The notes under the pieces: generated by a model
The model's database searches: none
Told to the model about the DNA's origin: nothing
What the model saw: the letters and a program-made list of their open reading frames with translations, nothing else
Program-made: the position numbers and the translations under genes
Assembly: GCF_008831285.2 (NCBI RefSeq)
Contig: NC_045138.2
Span: 5,270,001-5,334,000, forward strand
Direction of reading: 5' to 3'
DNA length: 64,000 bases
Origin: Nymphaea colorata
Taxonomy: Eukaryota
In this document: piece by piece, positions 1 to 15,760 of the stretch
Numbering within the stretch: position 1 is the first letter of the stretch
Layout of the letters: each line of letters starts with the position of its first letter

Positions 1-1649
1 CCAGTCATTTACGAACAACATTTTGAAGAAGATCAAATCTTCAAGGTCCTCGTTGGATTGAGTGAGGACTATGAAGCCATAAGGACTCAAATCCTGAATA
101 CTATGCCGCTGCCAAAATTCAATGCTGTTTGTCAAATGATTCAGAGAGAGGTGTCAAGGCGAAGAGTCATGAGCGTCCCTCCTAAAATGGACGCCATAGA
201 AGACAGCCAAAAAAGAATGGTGTGTCTTTCACAATCGGGCACTAATCAAGGCATACAAAGGTACCACTCAAACACACAGAAAAATCACAGCAAACTTAAG
301 TGTACTCACTGCAGGAAATTGGGTCACACACGCGATCGCCGCAGGGAACTTGTGTTTCTACCAGGGAAGGAAAAGGGATCTTCTTCAATACCAGACAAAG
401 ACATCAACCTTGCAAACTTTGTCAGCAAAGATGAGTGACGTCTCAGAAGGTAAGTTCTGTGCCTTATTGACTGACACTAAAAATAAATCCTCGATAGTTG
501 ATTCTAGTGCCACTGATCACATGACTAATGATCCCACAAGACTTGCCGATCTAAATAAGGATCTTCATCGTTCTGTTTTTTCTGCTGTTGGGTCATCTAT
601 GGTTGTTCCTGGCATTGGAAAAACATTCTTCGAGAAAAATATTAGTTCCGCTTTACTTGTTCCTTAGCTTGCTATCAACCTTATGTATGTTAGCAAAATC
701 ACTGAAGATTATAATTGTGTGGTTATTTTCTCCAAGAAGGTTGTAACATTTCAGGACCCGAGCACGAAGAAGGTGACTGGTAAGGTTCGATGCCATGGTG
801 AACCCTACACTTTGGACACCGACAGTTTGAGTTGATTCACCAAACCAAAATCTACTCCAAGGAAGGACTATCAAATTTGACATGATTGATTAGGACACAT
901 ATATGAATGGAACCTCAGTTCCCTCATCACTTCCCTCACCATTGATGATAATAAAGAATGTAATGCATGCGAATTCGCCAAATTCACATGCCTCACCTTC
1001 TTGCCGATTCATGAAAGGTCTGAAAAAGATTTCAATCTCATTCACTCGGATGTTTGGGGACCTGCTCCAGAGGACTCTCATGCCGGTTTTAAGTTTTATG
1101 TCTCTTTCATTGATGATAAGACTCGTGTAACTTCGATTTATTTTTTCAAAAATAAGAGTGAAGTTCCAAAAAATTTTGTAGAATTCTGTGCCCTCATTCT
1201 CCCTCAATATGTTGCTAAGATTAAAATGCTTCGCTTTGACAATGGTTGTGAATATGTGAATGATGCATTGAAAAACTTTATGAGGAAGCATGGAATACAG
1301 CCCCAATGTACCTGCACCGGGATGCCTCCGCAAAACGGCATTGCAGAAAGAAAAAACCGACAACTTCTGAATATTGCTCGGGCTTTTATGATGCACATGA
1401 ACGTACCTCAGACAACTTCTGAATATTGCTCGGGCTCTTATGATGCACATGAACGTACCTCAGATTTTTTGGAGCGAAGCCATTGGGACAGCATGTTATG
1501 TATCCAATCGAGTTCCAAACTCTAGAATAGAAGGAAAAATTCCCCTTGAGCAACTTCTCAATAAGCAGCTGTCACTTGAACACCTCAGGGTATTTGGGTG
1601 CAAATGTTTCGTACTTGTGCAAGAAAGATTTAGAAAAAATTCCAGTGAT
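1..1649 (+). mobile_element. Decayed Ty1/copia LTR retrotransposon fragment (gag zinc knuckle, protease, integrase), running off the left edge and truncated at ~1649
   Basis: ORFs give CTHCRKLGHTRD (zinc knuckle), IVDSSATDHMT (protease) and LIHSDVWGPAP...FIDD...RFDNGCEY...PQNGIAERKNR (integrase). Colinear with 20158-21847; similarity stops at ttccagtgat (~1649). Confidence 0.92.
1359..1462 (+). repeat. 52-bp tandem duplication frameshifting the copia integrase
   Basis: gacaacttctgaatattgctcgggc(t/c)ttatgatgcacatgaacgtacctca-like unit at 1359-1410 and 1411-1462; single copy in the sister element near 21608. Confidence 0.93.
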
Positions 1650-1857
1650 TACATGGTCTACTTTAACTACTATATTGTTTGTCAAGTATTGCTTCAAACT
1701 TAAATTATTGTTATCTATACATTCATTTTTTTTTTTGGGTCTGTGATGTAATATATTGTAGTCAACTATTTAGAATCAAGTAGTAGTATCACGTGCATAT
1801 CATTGTGCATCTTTGGACTCCCATTTCCAGTGGTGGAGATAGGAATTTCTGGTTAAG

Positions 1858-2307
1858 TAATGATGTCAATATATTCGATTTGAATCAGATGTCCAGCCAA
1901 ACCATTCTGAAAAACCAGTTATAGAAAAAAAATATAATGTCCAATGGAAAAATGAGATCAGGTTTGGATTTAAGAAATGACATTCTATTGGATTCAGATT
2001 CAAATATATGTAAATATTTGATCAGATTCAATTTCAGATTGGATTTAGTTTTAAACAAATATCATACATCTAACATTCTTATATATTGAACGTCAGCCAG
2101 ATTTGGTTCAAAATTCAGATTTGGAAGTGAATGCAAAGTTGGATTCAGATCATATTCAGATTGCAAAATTGGATTTCAGACTTAGATATGACTACTATTC
2201 AACCATGTTCAAATAAGAATCCAAATATGAACACGTGAACATTTGAAAAAGCAGCTACGTATGGTTAAGAGTATATTTTATTCCAATCTGATCCGTTGAC
2301 ATCCCTA
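1858..2307. mobile_element. Old hAT-like MITE (TAGGGATGTCAA-type TIR)
   Basis: Left taatgatgtcaa and right ttgacatcccta; interior rich in ggattcaga/atccga motifs; degenerate 8-bp flanks (tggttaag/tggctgat). Paralog at ~35764-36215. Confidence 0.6.
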
Positions 2308-2615
2308 TGGCTGATGGCATATGACAAGCAAACCTGGGTGGCAGCTCCTATGGCTAGATCCACAATCCAAGTCCACTCCTCATTGAAAAGCTGTTGACCC
2401 TGCAGTCAACTGCTCATACCAGCCCACATCTGGCTTATTTGCTGCTCTTTTTTGCCATTGATATGCGTTACAAAGAGTGTATCAGAACTTCTTTGTGATG
2501 CTAAGCTTGCCTGTTGCATTTCTTCCAATTGCAAATCTCATGCTAATTCATTTCTCAGGGCTGCATGTTTGTCTTATGATCTTTGAGTTGAGTAGGACAA
2601 TTTATGTGGATATAG

Positions 2616-3023
2616 TTGGGATGTCAGCAGATCACATTCAAATCATATATACTGTTAACTGTATCTACTTTTTTGGATATTCATATTTGAAAAACAAAGA
2701 AATTTATATCTGAATCGAAATTTAAAATCTGATTTCACAATTGACTTTTACATTCATATCTGAATCTGAATCTGAATTTTGAACCAAATTTAGCCATTTT
2801 TTTAGAATTTAAGAGCATTAGATATAGGATATTTCTTTAAAAATAAATCCGATGAATCCAAATATGATAGGATATTATGTATATCTGAATCCAATCATAT
2901 GTCATTTCATAAATACAGATATGGTCTACCTTATTAACCAGATATTTTCTTTTTTCATATCTGATTTTATTCTGTAGAGTTTAGTCAGATATCTGATCCA
3001 AATCGGATATGGTGACATCTCTA
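2616..3023. mobile_element. Old hAT-like MITE of the same family
   Basis: ttgggatgtca ... tgacatctcta termini, with gatatag on both flanks. Paralog at ~36526-36940. Confidence 0.62.
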
Positions 3024-3170
3024 GATATAGGTAATTAGCAGCTCAGGTTTCCTATGGAAGATGGTGGGAGTTAGGCTCTGGACTTGTATTAACAAAAAAT
3101 TATATTTACAGCAGCCAAAAATGGGGATGCATAGCGTGTAGACCATAGTGAAAACTTAGCTACTGTGTCC

Positions 3171-3349
3171 TAATGGCAGAGCTACATTACTGCTATTGTG
3201 GGCACTTGCCCACACCAACCCGAAAAAAAAAAAACTATCTACATACAAAAACTTCATTAATTTTCAGTTTTTTACATATCTGTGTCCCTTAAGATTTGAA
3301 TCTTACACTTCAAGTGCCCCTCAACCAGAAATTTCTGGCTCTACCACTG
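3171..3349. mobile_element. Short MITE with CAGTGGCGGAGC-type TIRs
   Basis: taatggcagagcta ... tggctctaccactg; paralog gagtggcagagcta ... tagctctaccactg at ~37089-37265. Confidence 0.55.
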
Positions 3350-4192
3350 GCTGCAACCATAAAGACATGTAATGAGATTTTATGAAACGAAGAGTGGACA
3401 TGTACCCCTTGGCTCATATGGGACTTCCCATAGTTTTAACTTGCTAAATTCATCAAACAAAATAAGAAAAATGGTCAAAAAGTTTTGTGTTTCCCCTGTT
3501 TGGGAGAGCAAAATGAGTATCAGAAGTCATTTTTTGCAATAAAGTCCCCATAAAATCCAAGTGTGCTTTTGGTGCCTTGGAAAAGGTGCCCATATTATTA
3601 TCAATTTTCATATCGGTGCTTCCCTTTTGCACCACAGGGAGTTGACACAATAGGGATTCAAAACAGAAACTAGCAGTCTACCCGCCCCCACCCGCCTAAG
3701 GCACGAACCCCCTTGAGTATGCAGTTCCCCTTTGTTGAGCTATGTACTCTTGCGGAAGCTAGGATAAATCTCTTGCACTGTGATACTAAGAGTTGCGCAT
3801 GTAATACCTTTTTTTTTCTGCATATACAATGGACACAAAAAGACTCTTGACAGAAGCTCAAATGCTTGTTCATGTTATCCCTGGTCTAACTCTACCTATT
3901 CAACAGGGTTTTCCATCGATATTTTCTGGTGATATTTCTAGTGTTTTCTTTACTGGAACTTTTCATGCTAGAATCTCCAACTCCTTGCGGGCTCTTTTGG
4001 TCCATATCTAGACCCAAATTTAAGATCCAGATACAAAATTGGGCCTTAGATCTGAATCCAAATCTCAGCTTTAGATTGAAAATTGAAGCAAATTCAGATA
4101 AAAACTAAGCATTAGATCCAAAAATATAGCCCATATCCAAAAATCCGATCCAAGATCCAAAAATAGAGTCAAAATCCGGATCACAATCCAAA

Positions 4193-4224
<32 letters not shown>

Positions 4225-4849
4225 GTATGTATATATCTAACTTGATTTTTTCACAACTGACTTGATTTTTTTATTTCAATTAACTTTTCCAAATTAAGCA
4301 ATTCATTAGTTAAGATTATTTCTTCTAAAACATATCTACTACCATTTTATAAAAAAAAATTATAGAACTCTATTTTCCAATGCCTCACAAACAGTTTTCT
4401 TAATTTAAGGATTGACTCTTACATCAATTTTTGCTTTATAAAATTTAAAATTTCCAAAACAATTTAAAATCTTTACCATGCCCCACACTGCTATTTAAGT
4501 GGAGAATAATGCTTAAATGAATGTGGAAATACACCAAAAATGAACAACGCGCCAGTAAAACTAAGCCTCATACTGATGGCCGGTGGACCCTTTTCCACTT
4601 TGCAGAACAAATTCCCATTGGTGAACCAAAAGAAATTTTGGGATGCAAAATATGCAGCACTAGTGTTGGGAAATTTCTTCATCACAAACGAGCTTGTAAG
4701 GTAGGTAAATGCAACACATATGATATTGATTTTTAATTTCATGTCATTATGCATATAAAAGTCTTGACCTACATCATTATGCAATTTGATCTATAAACTA
4801 GTTGCTAAGTTGATGGCTGAGAGAATGAAGATTGTTTTAGCACAATTAT

Positions 4850-6450
4850 TGGCTCAGAACAAGGGCGTCTGATCTCTCCAGTAGATTTATTCACCAACCA
4901 TGCACCTTGCACTTGAAGCGGTCAACAGCTTGGATAAGGGCATATAGAACAATTTTTTATCCTCAAATTAGATATTCCAAAAGCTTATGGCAAAGTGAGA
5001 TGGTCTTTCCTGCACTTTGGTCTTTCTTTTTTGGGATCCTGTGAAGATTGGGTGAGGAAAATTATTACTTATGTTTCTACTGCTTCCATAGTTGTCACCT
5101 TTAAGAAGGGAGGGAACCACTTTTTGTTGCCATGGAGGCGGATGACAAATGCACCCTCTCTCTCCACTTTTGTTTACTATTGTTGTGTTGTGGAAGTTTT
5201 TTCTGAAAACCTCCAATGGCGAGTTTTACAAGGCAGGAAGCCCCTAAAATGACTTTCTCAATTTACTTCTTTGCCTGGGGTGCTTCTCTGCAAATGACAG
5301 CCTTTTACTTTTTTGGGCTGTTGTGAAAATCCACTTCTTGTTTAAACCAAGTTTTACCTGATTTCACTTCCAAAGCAGGTTTGACTATAAATTCATTTCA
5401 TTTTTTTATTGATTTTAATGTTCTTGACAACACAATGGTCATTGCAAACCGATTTCATTGACAGTTGTCCAAACTTCCCCTTACTTATTTGGGTTCCATT
5501 ATTTGTTGGTACTCTCACCCGTGACTTATGTGAGAAGCTTTGTAGAAGGGTGGACCATCCACTTACTTATATGAGAAGCATGTTCTGCAGCAAGTGGTGG
5601 GTTATTGGGTGAGAGCATTTAGGCTTCCACTTATTGTACTGAACTTTGTAGAGAAGAAATTGTCATTTTATTTGGGGGGATTCTCATCATCTTAGGAAAC
5701 GTCACTTAGTTGGGAGTCTGCTTGCTCCGATGCAAGAAGGTGGTCTTGGCCTTCTTGACGTCACCAACTCCTCATGCACCCTTTCGGCCGGACACCAATA
5801 CTTGAATGGGAGCTTGTGAACCCTGTAAAGTAATGCTTATTTCTCTTGGATATGGAAAAGCTGCCTTTTGGGGATGAGAAGAGGTTTGTTACTTAATTTA
5901 GGGGTGTTTGGGTTACAGTGAAGGTGAAAATTTGGTGTGAGGAATGGGGTACTCATAATTTCATTAACTTGAGATGAAATGGACTTGAAATAAAAAACAG
6001 AAGACCCTAGATACAAGGGCGAAGTCAGCAATTTTTTGTAGGAAGGGTAGAATAGTATTTGCATAAAATATACAAGTACTGAACAATATTTTTCAAAATT
6101 TTTACGTAGCCCAAACAATTTTTTTTTTTTAATATAAGTATCATATTTTTTTCAAAATATGAGGTGGGAGGGGTCAGGGCTAGAAGTGCATAACTCTATT
6201 GAAGAAGAAGAAGTTTTCTCATGGTGGTTCAAATGGTTTTTCAAATAAATGGGTTACAATACACTGTGTTTATGCTTACGTGTACTCTTTTGGAGCATAA
6301 GGAAACAAAGAAATTCTATTATCCATCATGACAATTTGATTCTGTGTGGTCTTGAATGGAGAGTCTGCAATGATTTAGAGGATATGATAGCTGGTATAAA
6401 GTGGAAACATCAGGAGGTGATCTTCCCTGCTTACTACATGGTTTTGCGGT
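4850..6450 (+). mobile_element. Highly decayed L1-type LINE ORF2 relic
   Basis: Translates to FILKLDIPKAYGKVRWSFLHFGLSFLGSCEDWVRKIITYVSTAS (plant LINE RT motif KLD..KAYD.V.W.FL), EGGLGL at ~5735 and FWSIRKQRNSII at ~6290. Boundaries approximate. Confidence 0.78.
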
Positions 6451-7139
6451 CGATCTGTATGTGGTGAAATGGTGTTCAGAAAATGTCTATATGTGGTGAA
6501 ATGGTGTGCAGAAAATGGCTTTTTGTAGCTGATGTATTTGCTGTCAACAATCGATTGCAATGAGGCTGTAATCCTTTTTGTACAGTGAGGTTGCTTTTAT
6601 GCCTATCTTCTCTTTGGTTAGTTGTAGTTTCTATCTTTGTATTTGAGGATTATGTCTCTCTTCTTTTTTGGTTTGTTCTAGCTCTGGTATCTTGTATTTT
6701 GTTATCTGTTACATTGTTAATAAAAATGTTTGGGAAGCCTAAACTCGTAGCAACGACGTTGCATCGCCAAGTAGGGCGGCACATGCGTCGAGCCCAATCC
6801 CTCTCTAGCTCGACTTGATTATACAACATCAAGCTCGAGCTCGACTCCCTTAACTTGCTTAACTCATTTATGGCCTAACTTGTTTTTTAAAACTTTTTCA
6901 CGTCAACTCGTTTAATTCGTGTATGACACCAAACCAAAACTTGTTACCTCGAGTTGAAAAGAAAATTTGTTTTCTTGTGATACAAACTGGGGTATGATTG
7001 TCCTGTAGTACCAAGATATTCTTTTTAGTGCTGTAAAATGAGCAAACAACTTAAAATTTTCTACTTAATCACAAAGTTGCACACCAATAATAACAAATTG
7101 TATGGTAAAACCATGAAAACAAGGGGTTTCTCCCCGTCC

Positions 7140-9945
<2,806 letters not shown>

Positions 9946-10488
9946 ATAGGGTGCTTTGAGCTAATGAGAAAAAAATAAAGATACAGTATAGCCAAGGGAA
10001 AAAATTTTACATCGCTTCTGCTCTGAATTAAAATGATAACCACTTGTAGCTTTTAAATGCGGTCACCTTAAATATGTTTGGCCTTTCTATAATTTCTATC
10101 AATGTGTACAAGTGCTTTTATAAACAAACACTTCTTGGCCTTTTTTCCTTTTCTTTTTACCCCAACTTTAAAATTCGTTCCTGAGGACATACATTTCCTT
10201 TTTTTTTGTACAAAGAATTTCGGCAACTCACAAGAATACATTGGAAACTTTTCGAACACAAACTCATTTGGACAAGGACATGTTGAAAAATATTATATAT
10301 AACGAAACTATTTTCTCTCTCTTAAACAAATAAATAAATTAAACAAAGTTTAGGATGATTTAAGTACAATGCAAGTGTTTGTGTGTTTTTTTTATAAAAT
10401 GTTGTTGATCAAGTTAATTAATGTGTAAGGCTTCAACCTACGAAACAGAAAAGGTTCCATAACATGATATAACAGCACCTCAACCACT

Positions 10489-11835
10489 TTAGCCTAGGAT
10501 GGATAACCTTTCCCCAAGATGGTCTCTGAGTTCCTGCGGCAGATGGAGTGCTGGACAAGAGTAAATTACCAACTTTTCAAGCTTCGAGAGGCAGGCAATC
10601 TGTTCGTTTGCATCTGTGGGACATGTTGTTGCTACTGCATCATTTTCGTTTTGGTGGGTAGTAATGTCCTCCAGAGACTTCAGCTTGGGGAAGTATTGAA
10701 GCTCTAGGTATCTCAGTTTTGGGAGGCATTGCCAGTGGCCTCCCAAGCTGATGTCCTCATAGAAATAGTTTAGGTACAATGTTTCCAGTTGGGAGAGACC
10801 CCACAACCACTGAGGCACCCTTTCCAATTAGACCTCATCAACATTCGTGTCACTCAAAGACAGAGACTTGAAGGAGGGTAGAAATGTTGATACCTCCGAT
10901 GGCAATGGCAATGGCAGTAGTACTGCTGAGTCTGGATCCAACCTTAACTCAATGAGGTTAGGCAGTTGCTCAAGGAATTTCCATCCCAATCTCGCACTTA
11001 GGCAACAACTCACTGACAGACTTTGGAGCTGAGTCACTTGACCGTCATCCCCCACCAGCTCCAATAGAGCATCAAGCAAGCCTTCTGTCTGCATCTTTGG
11101 ACATTCATAAAATTCGCCTCTCTTAACCTTGGCATAGAAGTCAACGTTGTTTCCCCTATTCCGTCTGCTGGCCACCCTTCCCAGTTGAGCAATCCTTCCA
11201 CCATCAACTCCTCAAGTAAAGGAACGTTAACAAGAGCCTTCAAGCCATTAGGTCCGTACACCTTCAACGACTTGAGAGCAGGCATGTGATGAGGTATTTG
11301 CTCTACGCTGCAGCATTCCTCCACCTTCAATGACTCCAAGGCAGGCATGCTAGCTATTTCACACAGTGCTGGGCAATTGATGACATTTAGTTCTTTCAAC
11401 GAGGTAATGCTTATTAGTTTAATGCTTATTAGTTTTTCTCATAAATGGCATCTTTCTAGCTTTAGTGAATGTAGCTCGGTATACTCAGTATTCAAATGCC
11501 AAGCTGGCATCTTTCCTTTATAATCACCTATCTCCAAGCACTCCAGCCCAAGTGGAGGTTCCAATGCCTCCAGCGCACCACACTGTTTGTCATTACTCTG
11601 TTCAGAAGTACCACTCTGTTCAGAAACACCTCCAGTAATTCGAAAGTAGAAGTCCAAACTAATTATGCCATGCTTCTCCTTAAGCAATTGCGCATTTCTT
11701 GCACAATCAATTGCCTTTCTTGTCACCCCTAACCCTTGTGTCCCCTTTGTCATCCGTAAATTGTTAAGCTTCCCCAAGCCTTCCGCTATAAATTTCAATT
11801 CCCACGTCCATTTCATCCCAAGATACCACAATCGA
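10489..11835 (-). pseudogene. NLR (NBS-LRR) disease-resistance pseudogene, C-terminal LRR region only
   Basis: ELKFIAEGLGKLNNLR, LEALEPPLGLECLEIGDYKGKMPAW, LKELNVINCPAL, LPKLRYLELQYFPKLKSL and LSKLEKLVIYSCPAL are typical NLR LRR motifs. Disabled by TGA at 11439-11441, a frameshift near 11115 and TAA at 10828-10830. No NB-ARC seen upstream. Confidence 0.88.
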
Positions 11836-13289
11836 ACTTTCAATTTTTGAAAGTTTGAAACCCTTACAAAGTAAACAGACTTCAAAATGTATTTAAAAAT
11901 TAAAAATAAAAAAATTGTTGGGCTTACCAATGCACTGGATGTGTCAGAAGCTGGAGCATTTTAGTTTTGTTTCTTTACCATTGCCAAGTGCAGCCACTTC
12001 AGTTTCGATCTTTTGCATTCATTTTTTCATTATGAAATGTCAAAGGTGGTGGTTGGATGATTCAGTTATTTGGACGTTGAATATTTGTTGTAGTAAGAAT
12101 TCTCTAGAAGCAACTTCATGTATGTATTCACATCTATTTTGAAGTAATGAATTTGAATGCACATTCATTACTCTGAAAAAGTTAGTTGATATGAAAAAAG
12201 AAAAAAGCAACACTTTAATTAAAAAAACTGAATGGGATTTATACTTAGGAAATGACTTTTGATTGGATTTGAATACTGGTTCAGTTTTAACTAAATATCC
12301 ATCATATTTCGATTCAGGTTTCCTTTCGAATTCAATTTCAAATGAATTATCATACACCCAATTTATACGTTTTGAATATCTGTACATTCTTAACATATCA
12401 TAATTCATAATGTGGTTTTGCTTCTTGTATTTAAAAGTTGGATTCAGGTGTGGATGTAAATCTAAAATCAAATTTGAATTGTGAATTTAAATCAAATTTG
12501 AATGTGGATACGCCATGGATTTTTCTTCCTTAGTATTTAAATCCAAATTCAAAATCGAATTATGAATATCCGATAAATTTGATATGGTAACATGAGATTT
12601 TATTTGAAGCCAATCCTTTAACATTCACGTGTTACTGCAATTTTTTTTTTTTCTTTTTCTCATTAACAAATTGTTTAGAGTCTTTGGTACTGAACCACAT
12701 CAAGAAACCTCTGCCAAAAATCCTATTGAAGCTATCACATAGCTTTGTCGTTCATCAAAAATCCATAAACCTTACTTTTATTGCAGTGTGGCCAACAAAA
12801 GCTTACATGCTCATTCATTATCAAGGGAGGAAGTCAGATTCAAGATCGGTACCTTTTATCTAGTCAGGTCCAAGATTAATACATACCTCGCTATTAGTTT
12901 TAGACCACTACTTTAGCGACCTTTGAATCCTTCTTCTCTTGATAAAGCATTTATTTGTCATTATATTAGCAATCCCAAAAGAGTGATTTTCCTTCAGAAA
13001 TGCTCCTTCGACGGGATTTGAGTACAAGAGGATCAGGGGAGGAGCTTCCTTCATCTACTTCTTCTAAAGTAGACGATTCTTGCTCATTATCTAGGCTTCA
13101 TCTCATAATAGCCAAGATTAGATAGGATGTCTTCTTTACTATTTACACATGCATACAAAGATTTTTTTGATAGTTTCAAAAGCATTTCAAACTTTTGAAA
13201 TTAAAGGCATTGGAGAATTTGCTTAGACTCTTTCTTTATGAGCTTAAGTTTCTCTCTGACATACAACAAATGTAATGATGTTGTTATAA

Positions 13290-14260
13290 TATTTAAATCA
13301 TTTTCCAAACTCGTTAATCATAGTTTCCATCCAGGAAACAGAATTTAAAAACGCAAAATCTCACTTTTAATCTCTCTATTTCTCTCTCCAATTTTTCTCT
13401 CTCTTGCTCTGATTTCTCTCTCTTTTTAGATCTCTCTCTAAAATTTCTCTTTTTTCTCTCTCTCACTCTCTCTTCAGTTCTCTCTCTCCCTTTTTTAAAA
13501 TCTCTTTCTTTCTCTCTCTTTATTTTACCTCTCTATTAATCTCTACTTTTTTTTCTTTTTTTAATATTTCTCTCTTGGATTTCTCTATTTCTCTCTCCTA
13601 TTTTTCTCTCTCTCTCTATGATTTCTCTCTCTTTTTAGATCTCTCTCTCTAAAATTTCTCTTTTTTCTCTATGTCTTCAATTCTCTCTCTCCCTTTTTAA
13701 AATCTTTCTTTCTGTCTCTCTTTCTTTTACCTCTCTTTTAATCTCTTTTTTCTTTTTTAAACCCTCCTCTCTTTTTCTCTCTCTCCACCCCCTTTAAACA
13801 AATAATGGGTAGGACAATGGTTGGGTTAGGCAGCGTGTTACATCCATGTCTTCAGTTCGATTCTTGGAGGGTGTTATCCTAATGGTATTGAAAAACAATG
13901 TCGATTTTAAGATTAGGGGTGCCATTATGAGGTCAACTGGACTGGTTCTTGTCTCCTCCCCCACCCACCTTTACTCCCCTCCTTTTAGACTTCTCTCCCT
14001 TTTACTCTTCTAATTTTTTTCTCTCTCTCTCTCTATTTATATATAAAACAAAAAAAGCTCCCATTTTGCATGCCCCAAAATCATTCGACTTCACCAAGGC
14101 CAATATTAAGGTGCAATACCCATGATCCTTATCATTCAGACTACACTTGGATGGCTTACAACTCATTTTTGAAAACCTTTTTTTTTTAATACGCATGTTG
14201 TGGTATGAATGACTTATCTAATTTTCTTTCAAGCATAGAGAATTCTTTCTCTTTTCATTT
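13290..14260 (+). repeat. CT-rich dispersed repeat, internally tandem-duplicated; paralog at ~53470-54120
   Basis: Shared cttcagtt(c/t)gattcttggagg, ttaggg(g/a)tgccattatgaggtcaa and acttcaccaaggccaatattaaggtgca; 13370-13560 resembles 13580-13760. Confidence 0.75.
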
Positions 14261-14479
14261 AACTTTCATATTCACCATGCATTCATAAGATTCACCGATA
14301 CCCACAACCACTCCTTTACGAAACCTAAGCAAAACATAATCGAGCCTTAATAATATGGTAATGGAGTTAATAGAGTTAGGCTAAAACTTGAGATTAACTT
14401 GTGTTTCAAAAGATATCTATTAACTTTCTTTACTTTACTAATGATCATTTCATTAAAGCATTTTTATAAAATTTTATCA

Positions 14480-15760
14480 AAACTCTTCTTTCAAAAATTG
14501 ACTTAATTTTTTTTACCTTAAATGATTATTACAAATCAAATGTTTCATTAGTTAAGGTTATTTCTTCTAAAACACATCTCTTACCATTTTATCAATAAAA
14601 AATTATCAAACTTTCTTTTCCAATGCCTAATGAACAATTTTCTTATTTTAAGGATTGACTCTTACATCTTTTTTTGCTTTATAAAATTTTAAATTTCTAA
14701 AACACTTTAACACCTTTACGGTCCACCACATTGCATTTAAGTTGAGGAAATAGACCAAGAATGAAGAATGCCACAGAAAAACTAAGCCGCATACCTATGG
14801 CTGATGGACTCCTTTTTTAGTTTGCAAAACAAATTCTCACTGGTGAACCAAAAGAAATTTTGGGATACAAACAATATGGCTCTGGTGGTGAGAAATTTCT
14901 TCTCACAAACAAGCTTGTAAGGACTGTAAATGGAACACATGATATTGATTCTTAATTCTATATCATTATGGATATAAAAGCTTTTGACTTATATCATTAT
15001 GCAATGTGGTCTATAAACTAGTTGTACTTCTGATCTCCCCAGTAGATTTATTCACCATCCATGCTTCCTGCTCTTGAAGTGGTCAACAGCTTGGATAAGG
15101 GCATATAGAACAATTTTTTCTTCTCAAATTAGATGTTTCAAAAGCTTATGACAAAGTGAGATTGTCTTTCTGCACTTTGGGCTTTCTTATTTGGGACTTT
15201 GTGAGGATTAGGTGAGGGAAACTATGACTTGTGTTTCCACTGCTTTCTTTGTTCTTGGCCTTAAGATGTGAGGGAACCACTTTTTGTGGCCATAGAGATG
15301 TTTCAAAAGCTCATTTCTCATGAATATGGCAAATCTAGTGGTGTTTGGGTAACAGTAAGAAGGTGTAAATTTGGTATGAGTATTGGGGATAGGGGATTCT
15401 AGAACAACTACTCAATCAAGATGATCTTATTAAATTACAGTCACATGCAAGCTACAGTGGAGGCAGTTCTTACCCACAAGCAAGAATTTCTTGCTCGAGA
15501 TATATTTTCAATGTCAGTCTAGTTTCTTATTAGTTCTTCTTCTCTTATTGATTGTGATGATCTTCTGACATGAGCTTTTCATTAACTTCAGATGAAATGG
15601 ATATGAAAACAAAAGCAGTAGACCGCGAGATCCAGGGGTGAAGCCAGCATTATACAAGGGCCAAACAATATTTTTCAAAAATTTTACATAGGCCAATTTA
15701 AAAAATTTTTAAAATGTAAGTATCATTTTTTTTTTCCAAAACATGAGGGGGGAGGGGCCA
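14480..15760 (+). repeat. Duplicate of ~4250-6180, including the LINE RT relic
   Basis: Near-identical blocks ggtcaacagcttggataagggcatatagaacaatttttt (4920/15080) and ggtgaaccaaaagaaattttgggat (4620/14842). Confidence 0.85.

Larger units (their letters stand above)
1650..3965 (+). repeat. Segmental duplication, copy A (paralogous to ~35360-39160)
   Basis: Long colinear matches, e.g. caagtattgcttcaaacttaaattattgttatctatacattcatttt at ~1683 and ~35395, and ggcatatgacaagcaaacctgggtggcagctcctatgg at ~2316 and ~36224. Boundaries approximate. Confidence 0.9.

Noticed and set aside
12040..12471. 143-aa ORF upstream of the NLR fragment as its missing N-terminus (similarly the ORF at 52917-53345)
   Set aside because: AT-rich MITE-like repeat sequence with no NB-ARC or CC motifs.
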